From the NCBI GenBank assembly GCA_039588295.1, contig JBDHAB010000001.1:64001-128000 (forward strand): 64,000 bases of DNA, written 5' to 3'. Each line of letters begins with the position of its first letter. The first letter of the stretch is position 1. This document shows positions 57,904 to 64,000 of the stretch, in pieces. Source of the DNA: Gemmatimonadota bacterium (GTDB lineage Bacteria; Gemmatimonadota; Gemmatimonadetes; Gemmatimonadales; GWC2-71-9). Both the position numbers and the translations under genes were made by a program. A model generated the notes under the pieces. That model did no database searches, had not been told where the DNA came from, and was given only the letters and a program-made list of their open reading frames with translations.

Positions 57904-59586
57904 ATGAGACCAGTCACGTTTTGGACGGCGATGGGCGCGGCGCTGCTCGGAGCCCCATCCGCCTGGGCGCAGCAACCGGCGAGCGCCGGCGACGGTCTCA
58001 CCCAGGCCCTATCGCTTGCAAGTTCAACGATGGTGCGCCCCCACCTGCGATTTCTGTCACACGATCTCCTCGAGGGACGCGCGCCGGGGACACGGGGCGG
58101 AGAGTTGGCCGCACAGTACATCGCGGCCCAGTTCGAACGTCTGGGACTCGAACCGGTCGGGCCGGATGGTTCCTTTCTGCTGCCTGTCGAGGGAATCGGT
58201 GTGTCGGCCGATCCGTCGCTCATCGTAGGCGTGCAGGGGCAGACCCTCGCGCTCGAGCCGATGACCGACTTTGTCGCCTGGCCTCTGCGGCCCGACACCA
58301 CTGTGAGCAGCGACGGCGAATTGCTGTTTGCCGGCTTCGGGATACATGCCCCTGAGTGGGACTGGAACGACTTCAAAGACAGCTTCCTCGTCGGCAAGGT
58401 CCTGCTCGTGATGGCAGGTGAACCCACCCTGGAGGACCCCACGAGCTTCGCCGACGGGAGGATGACCTTCTACGGGAGTTGGCGCTACAAGGTCGAGCAA
58501 GCGGCTCGCTCAGGAGCTCTCGGGGTGCTGATCGTATATCCCGACTCGGGGGGCGCCATCTCATGGCGAGCGTTGACCAACGCCTGGAGCTCGGAGCAGT
58601 TCCTCTCGACCGACGCTCCTGAGAGCAACCTCCGGTTCGCCGCGTGGGTCCGCGAGTCCGCTGTCAAACGCCTCGCGGCCGCCTCCGGCCGAGACTTTGA
58701 GCTGCTCGAGCGAAGGGCTGGGTTGCGCACCTTCGAGCCGATTTCCATGGGAGCGCACGCAGTCATCCGGATCCGGAGCACAATCCGGCGAATCCGCGCA
58801 GCCAATGTCGCCGCGCGACTTCGGGGTAGTGATCCCGCAGGAGCGGAGACCGTGATCCTCATGGCCAACTATGACAACATCGGCATTGGCCAACCGATCA
58901 ATGGAGACTCCATCTACAACGGGGCTGTCGACAACGCCTCCGGCGTGAGCCTCCTTCTCGCAGCAGCCGCTGGCCTTTCGGCCAGTACTGGAGTGCCGCG
59001 GCGGGATCTGGTCTTTCTCGCCACAACGGCCTCCCACGGACAGGTCACTGGCGCCGACGCCTATGTGCGTAGGCCGGTCGGACCGATCGAGCTGACCGTG
59101 GCGACCGTCAGCCTCAGTCGCGCCAACCTCAGGGGCAGAACTGCCGACGTGGTTGGGCTGGGTGCCGAGCAGTCGACTCTGTCCAGGTACCTAGCGCAGG
59201 CCGCCGTCGACGAGGGTCTCAAGGCCACGCCCAGTCCGGCACCGGGCGCAGGCGAGTTCTACTGGATGGACCTTCTGCCACTCGCTCGGGCAGGGGTACC
59301 GGCAATGGCGCTCCGACCGGGCCGAGACTTCCCGGACAAGCCCAGGGAGTGGGCCGCCGAGCAGGAGCACAGTTACCTGGACGGACGGTACCTGTCTCCG
59401 TTTGACGAGTTTGACCCAGCGGTCAATTACGAGGGTGTGGTCCAGCAGGTGCGGGTAATCGTCCGTCTCGCATGGCTGCTTGGCAACGCGACCGATTTCC
59501 CCGCTTGGGCCTCCGACTCCGAGTTCAGGCCCGCCGGAGAACAGCTCCGAGTGCGCAGAATCCGGGGCAAGTCGGAGCCGACGTAG
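57904..59586 (+). CDS. M28 peptidase-like protein with PA domain, metal ligands degenerate
   Basis: EGRAPGTRG, GFGIHAPEWDWND, IYNGAVDNASG; usual H, EE, D and H ligands replaced. Confidence 0.8.
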   Translation: MRPVTFWTAMGAALLGAPSAWAQQPASAGDGLTQALSLASSTMVRPHLRFLSHDLLEGRAPGTRGGELAAQYIAAQFERLGLEPVGPDGSFLLPVEGIGVSADPSLIVGVQGQTLALEPMTDFVAWPLRPDTTVSSDGELLFAGFGIHAPEWDWNDFKDSFLVGKVLLVMAGEPTLEDPTSFADGRMTFYGSWRYKVEQAARSGALGVLIVYPDSGGAISWRALTNAWSSEQFLSTDAPESNLRFAAWVRESAVKRLAAASGRDFELLERRAGLRTFEPISMGAHAVIRIRSTIRRIRAANVAARLRGSDPAGAETVILMANYDNIGIGQPINGDSIYNGAVDNASGVSLLLAAAAGLSASTGVPRRDLVFLATTASHGQVTGADAYVRRPVGPIELTVATVSLSRANLRGRTADVVGLGAEQSTLSRYLAQAAVDEGLKATPSPAPGAGEFYWMDLLPLARAGVPAMALRPGRDFPDKPREWAAEQEHSYLDGRYLSPFDEFDPAVNYEGVVQQVRVIVRLAWLLGNATDFPAWASDSEFRPAGEQLRVRRIRGKSEPT

Positions 59587-59684
59587 AATCCCGCGAAGTA
59601 CTGGCCGAATCGAGCCAAAGTAAGTATGTTCCCGCCCGATTCATCGGCGTTTTTCGCCCATCGTCAGGAGTCGATCCGCTGGAA

Positions 59685-60785
59685 TTGCCTACTTCGCACA
59701 AGGTCCCTGTCTACTGGCTCCGGGAGCATGCCTGCGCGCCCATTCGGTGGCGTACGGTCACTGAAATCCTGCCCGCTGGTGCCGCGAGTCCAACCGACAT
59801 TGAGTCCCTCGGGGCCGAAGTTCTACAATACAAGGGCGTTACACAGACAATAAGGAAGCAGAAGTCAAACGGCGTCTGGGCAGCGAATATGCTTGGCCTG
59901 GCACCGGCAAAGGGTCAGGATCTTAAAGATGTCGGCACGGTGTCACAATACCGACACCTTGTAGAGCTCGGAGTACCGACGAGCGAGCGGCCTCTTCGTC
60001 TCGCTGAGCGCATGTTCTTCCGTTTGCTTTCGCGTGACGAGGATCCCGCGTTGCTCTTCGAGTATCGGAAAGCCGCGAAAGCGAATGCGGCGCTTGGGCC
60101 GTGGGCCCGTGAGTTCCTGCGCATGGCAGCGGCTGCGGCGTTAGCACATGGAGGACATTCCGAAGATCCGCGGGTGCGGGGCGCTGCGCACCGGGTCGCC
60201 ACGAGAATCTCCCAGTTTCTGCGGAGTGAGCTTGCTGACAAGCCGATCATTCGCAAGGCGTCACGCAACATTCTCCACCCAGACGCGTCCCCGCCCACCG
60301 TCTTCTCCGTGGCGGTCATCGCCCACATGGCGAGCCTCAAGCGGGAGCGGGCGGGTTTTGTTGAACGGCTGACCAGTTACTTGTCCCGGCCGGCGACGAA
60401 GCGAACGTTCGTCATCCAGGTGGGGCGCAAGGTCATCAAGCCGCAGTTCCACATACTGGGAGACCCGCTCAGGGCCGACAGCTCCGGGAACGCCAAAGAC
60501 CTGCCGTTCGCATTGTACTGGATGGAGTTGCTGGCGCGCCTCGGGATGCTGGCTGGCTCGTCCACCGCCCAACGGATTCTGGCCCGTTTGCTCAAGGATT
60601 GCGATGATCAGGGTGTCTGGAGCCCGAGGAATCTCCGGGCGCTTCCCAAAAGCAGTTCGAAGCTCGCCAACTTCTACTTCCCACTGGAAATCGACAGTGG
60701 GAACCACGACAGCCGGCGGGTCGACGTAACCTTTCGGCTTGCACTGATCGCGAAACTGGCTGGCTGGAACCTCGAGTACGTCTAG
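59685..60785 (+). CDS. Hypothetical protein, possible alpha/alpha-toroid (prenyltransferase-like)
   Basis: QKSNGVW and DDQGVW QW-like motifs, helical character; start uncertain. Confidence 0.5.
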   Translation: MPTSHKVPVYWLREHACAPIRWRTVTEILPAGAASPTDIESLGAEVLQYKGVTQTIRKQKSNGVWAANMLGLAPAKGQDLKDVGTVSQYRHLVELGVPTSERPLRLAERMFFRLLSRDEDPALLFEYRKAAKANAALGPWAREFLRMAAAAALAHGGHSEDPRVRGAAHRVATRISQFLRSELADKPIIRKASRNILHPDASPPTVFSVAVIAHMASLKRERAGFVERLTSYLSRPATKRTFVIQVGRKVIKPQFHILGDPLRADSSGNAKDLPFALYWMELLARLGMLAGSSTAQRILARLLKDCDDQGVWSPRNLRALPKSSSKLANFYFPLEIDSGNHDSRRVDVTFRLALIAKLAGWNLEYV

Positions 60786-60800
60786 CGCCTGCGCGGGCGT

Positions 60801-60853
60801 TTGCTCCCGATCATCGACGGTGTTACAATAGGAGTAGTTTCTACAACTCCTAT
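60801..60853 (+). promoter_or_regulatory. Sigma70 promoter overlapped by a palindromic operator
   Basis: TTGCTC-N17-TACAAT with extended TG; ATAGGAGTAGT-TTCT-ACAACTCCTAT at 60828-60853. Confidence 0.65.
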
Positions 60854-61550
60854 GCTAAACCTCGATCTGACGCCGTTTGGGTTCACCTCTACCGAGTCGC
60901 GGGCGTATGTTGACCTGGTCGCTCACGGACCGTCGTCGGGCTACGCCGTTGCCCGACGGTTGGACATTGCCCGAGCTAATTCCTACCAGGCGCTTCGAGG
61001 GCTGGTCGCGAAGAAGGCTGCCGAAGTGGCGGAATCCGAGCCACAGGTCTTCCGCGCCAGCCAGCCAAAGACGCTCCTCGCCCGGATCGCACGGCACGAG
61101 GCCGAGCAACTCGACGTGCTGGAGCAACAAATCGACACTTTGGGCAGCGAAGGAGCGCCAGGCACGGTTGAGTTCACCGGTGAGCGCGAGCTCTACGGTA
61201 TCGCCCTGCGGACCGTTCTGCGTGCCGATCGCGTGCATCTCATCGGGCCTCCGTCGGTCCTCTCGAGTTTGCTCCCCATTTGGCGCAAGCGCGCAGCCGA
61301 TGGGAGAGAGACCCTCGTCTGGTCCGTTGGAGCTGCTCCACAGAAGCTCCCGGTCGAAGTGGCAGGTACCATCAGTCCCGAGGCTCTTCGAGCCAGGGCG
61401 CAGGATCTGGCCATGATGCTCCTGTCCGACGGAGTCGTCGGACTGGGGAGGACGGAGGCCGGGACCCTCACGGGCCTCTGGTCCAGCGATCCGATCATCG
61501 TGGGCGCCGCCGAGGCTGCACTCGGCGGGATTCTCACAGCGGTGGGTTGA
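60852..61550 (+). CDS. TrmB-family transcriptional regulator
   Basis: LTPFGFTSTESRAY..L, SGYAVARRLDIARANSYQALRGLVAK winged HTH. Confidence 0.78.
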   Translation: MLNLDLTPFGFTSTESRAYVDLVAHGPSSGYAVARRLDIARANSYQALRGLVAKKAAEVAESEPQVFRASQPKTLLARIARHEAEQLDVLEQQIDTLGSEGAPGTVEFTGERELYGIALRTVLRADRVHLIGPPSVLSSLLPIWRKRAADGRETLVWSVGAAPQKLPVEVAGTISPEALRARAQDLAMMLLSDGVVGLGRTEAGTLTGLWSSDPIIVGAAEAALGGILTAVG

Positions 61551-61585
61551 CCGGCGGCCTCCCGCGGGTCACCTTCCTGAAGTAT

Positions 61586-61597
61586 CCAACCGGTTGG
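61586..61597. promoter_or_regulatory. Candidate TetR operator
   Basis: Perfect palindrome CCAACCGGTTGG just before the tetR start. Confidence 0.55.
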
Positions 61598-61603
61598 TTG
61601 ACG

Positions 61604-62191
61604 GTGCCGACAGCTCAAAGGGACTCGAAACGCCTCATTGCAGAGGCGGCCCGCATCGAGTTCGCCGATTTCGGCTTCGACGGGGCGCGAATCGATCGCA
61701 TTGCCGGTAGGGCAGGCGTCAACAAACAGCTCCTCTACTACTACTTCGGCTCGAAGACGGGTCTGTATCAGGACCTCATCGACATGGCGTTTGCCGATCT
61801 GGCAGCCGACATCGGGGCGTCCGGCCCCATGGCGCATCCGGCGGAGCGATTGCGAACGCTCCTTAGCGAACTCCAGGAACGCCTTCGCACCAGGCCCGAG
61901 CTCGTCCGTCTCCTCGTCGCCAACGCGCAGCGCAAAGGACGCGGTGCCGAGTCGGCCGTGCGCGCGGTTCGCTGGCTCGTCGATCTCTTCGCTCAGGAAG
62001 TTTCGAAGGGGCAGGGGCTCGGCTACTTCCGAGACGACGTCGAGCCCAGTGGGATCGCCGAACTCACTGTCGCTTTCCTGGTGGGATCGACGGCTCTCGA
62101 ACCGGCGGCCCCGGAGACTGCCTCCGAGGTCGCGCACGCACGGTGGGTGCGCGACGCCGGCGACCTCATCGTTCGCGGTCTTTCCTGGTAG
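61604..62191 (+). CDS. TetR/AcrR family regulator (RutR-like HTH)
   Basis: GFDGARIDRIAGRAGVNKQLLYYYFGSKTGLY; start reset to GTG 61604. Confidence 0.85.
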   Translation: MPTAQRDSKRLIAEAARIEFADFGFDGARIDRIAGRAGVNKQLLYYYFGSKTGLYQDLIDMAFADLAADIGASGPMAHPAERLRTLLSELQERLRTRPELVRLLVANAQRKGRGAESAVRAVRWLVDLFAQEVSKGQGLGYFRDDVEPSGIAELTVAFLVGSTALEPAAPETASEVAHARWVRDAGDLIVRGLSW

Positions 62192-62203
62192 CCTCGTCGC
62201 TGT

Positions 62204-64000
62204 CTACGTCGGCGTCGGCGCCAGTTCAGAGGGCGACTGCTCGGCACCCGAGGGAGCTGCGAACGCCGGTCGCCTGAGAGCGATATCCAGAACCTCGTTC
62301 AAACCGTCCACCGCATGCACCGTGATGCGTTGCCGCTCGCTCTCGCTGAGGTCCTCGAGATCGGCTACGTTTTCCTTCGGGAGGATGATATTGCTGATCC
62401 CCGCGCGGCAGGCGCCGAGCACTTTCTCTTTGAGCCCACCGATTGGCAAGACCCGACCGGAGAGCGTGATCTCTCCAGTCATAGCCACGTCGTGCCGTAC
62501 GGGGACGCCCGAGAGCGCACTCACCAGTGCGGTCGACATCGTAACGCCAGCCGAGGGCCCATCCTTGGGGATCGCGCCGGCGGGCACATGAATGTGCACG
62601 TCCTTGTCGGCGAGCGCCTCCTTGGGAATCCCTAGTTCCTTCGCCTTCGATTTCGCATACGTCAGTGCTGCCTGGGCGGACTCCTTCATCACGTCGCCCA
62701 ATTGGCCGGTCAAGACAAGGTGGTCTCGGCCTTCCATCACGGAAACCTCGACGAACATGATGTCGCCGCCGGCAGGCGTGTAGTACATCCCGGTCGCCAC
62801 GCCGATCTGATCTTCTCCCGCCGCACGTTCGGGGTGCACGGTGGGTCGGCCCAGGAGGTCGCCAATACCGTCACCTGCGAGCTCGCCCTGCTCCAGATCA
62901 CCGGCGGCCACTTTCCGCGCCACTTTGCGAGCGATCTTGGCGATCTCTCGCTCAAGCTGGCGGACGCCGGCCTCGCGCGTATAGCCAGCGATCAGTGCGC
63001 GAACCGCGTCGTCGCGCAGCGTCAGTTCCTTCTCACTGAGTCCGGCCTCAACGAGCTGGCGTGGGATGAGATACTGCCGTGCAATCGCCAGTTTCTCATG
63101 CTCGGTGTACCCACTGAACTCCACCGTCTCCATTCGATCGAGCAGCGGCACGGGGATATTCTGCCGGACGTTCGCCGTAGCTATGAAGAGCACCTCCGAC
63201 AGATCGAACGGCACACCGAGGTAGTGGTCAGTGAACGAATCGTTCTGCGCCGGATCCAGCACCTCGAGGAGCGCGGACGCTGGGTCCCCTTGGAATGACA
63301 CGCCGAGTTTGTCGACTTCGTCGAGCAGGAACACCGGGTTCTTGGTGCCCGCCCGCTTCATCCCCCCGATAATGCGACCCGCCATGGCCCCGACATACGT
63401 ACGTCGGTGACCCCGGATGTCGGCTTCATCCCGAGCACCCCCCAGCGAGATGCGAACGTATCGCCTTCCCATCGACCGTGCGATGGACTTGGCGATCGAC
63501 GTCTTTCCGACACCCGGAGGCCCGATGAAGAGCAGGATCGATCCCTTGGTGCCACGATCATCCTCGTTCCCGACCGCCTCGCTCACTCGCTCGCCCGGGC
63601 CTCGGACCTTGAGGAGTTGCCGCACCGCGAGAAACTCGAGCACTCGATCCTTCACGTCCTGAAGGCCGTAGTGATCCTCGTCGAGGATCTTCGCTGCCTC
63701 CTTCAGATCGAGATGGTCTTCACTGCGAATGCTCCATGGCAGCTCGGCAATGGTCTCGAGGAATGTGCGAATGATCTGCGATTCCATCGAGTCGCGCCCC
63801 GATCGCTCGAGCCGTCGCAGTTCTCGGCCCACCTCCTCACGCACGCCCTCCGGAAGATCCAACTTCAGAATCCGCTCGCGGAGTTCCTCCACTTCCGCGG
63901 CCGAATCGTCGTCTCCGAGCTCCTTACGAATCGCTTTGAGCTGTTCCCGCAAGAACATCTCGCGTTGTCGCTCGCCGATCTCTTCCTGAACTTTGGATTT
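62204..64000 (-). CDS. lon: Lon protease (5' part outside the window)
   Basis: [31 protein letters not shown] (Ser), IGGLKEK (Lys). Confidence 0.95.
   Translation of the reverse strand, partial: KSKVQEEIGERQREMFLREQLKAIRKELGDDDSAAEVEELRERILKLDLPEGVREEVGRELRRLERSGRDSMESQIIRTFLETIAELPWSIRSEDHLDLKEAAKILDEDHYGLQDVKDRVLEFLAVRQLLKVRGPGERVSEAVGNEDDRGTKGSILLFIGPPGVGKTSIAKSIARSMGRRYVRISLGGARDEADIRGHRRTYVGAMAGRIIGGMKRAGTKNPVFLLDEVDKLGVSFQGDPASALLEVLDPAQNDSFTDHYLGVPFDLSEVLFIATANVRQNIPVPLLDRMETVEFSGYTEHEKLAIARQYLIPRQLVEAGLSEKELTLRDDAVRALIAGYTREAGVRQLEREIAKIARKVARKVAAGDLEQGELAGDGIGDLLGRPTVHPERAAGEDQIGVATGMYYTPAGGDIMFVEVSVMEGRDHLVLTGQLGDVMKESAQAALTYAKSKAKELGIPKEALADKDVHIHVPAGAIPKDGPSAGVTMSTALVSALSGVPVRHDVAMTGEITLSGRVLPIGGLKEKVLGACRAGISNIILPKENVADLEDLSESERQRITVHAVDGLNEVLDIALRRPAFAAPSGAEQSPSELAPTPT

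Overview
GC-rich bacterial chromosomal window (roughly 65% GC by eye; gene content suggests Gemmatimonadota, which is inference only). It is mostly housekeeping and metabolic genes: two CCA-less tRNAs (Gln-CTG, Ala-CGC), rnz, mlaEFD interrupted by an antisense short mutY, nadE, tupA, acyl-CoA enzymes, two DAACS transporters, peptidases, Na/Pi transporter plus PhoU, ispH, pfkA, OmpA, an aconitase-family fusion and a partial lon. No integrase, transposase, prophage or CRISPR array is visible. Highlights: (1) a five-gene damage-tolerance operon without imuA (Zn-ribbon microprotein, SPL-like radical SAM with a clamp-binding tail, ImuB, DUF6504-like, DnaE2) behind a four-half-site TTCGGG/CCCGAA operator over a probably leaderless promoter; (2) an N6-adenine methyltransferase plus SNF2 helicase pair with no recognisable nuclease; (3) a Rdx/SelW selenoprotein (CxxU plus SECIS-like hairpin) missing from the ORF track; (4) several degenerate or rearranged proteins (apparently inactive M28 peptidase, motif-swapped DExH helicase, HisKA-only sensor, PAS-Fis regulator); (5) dispersed inverted heptamer repeats. 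Family assignments come from motif recognition by eye; no database searches were run.
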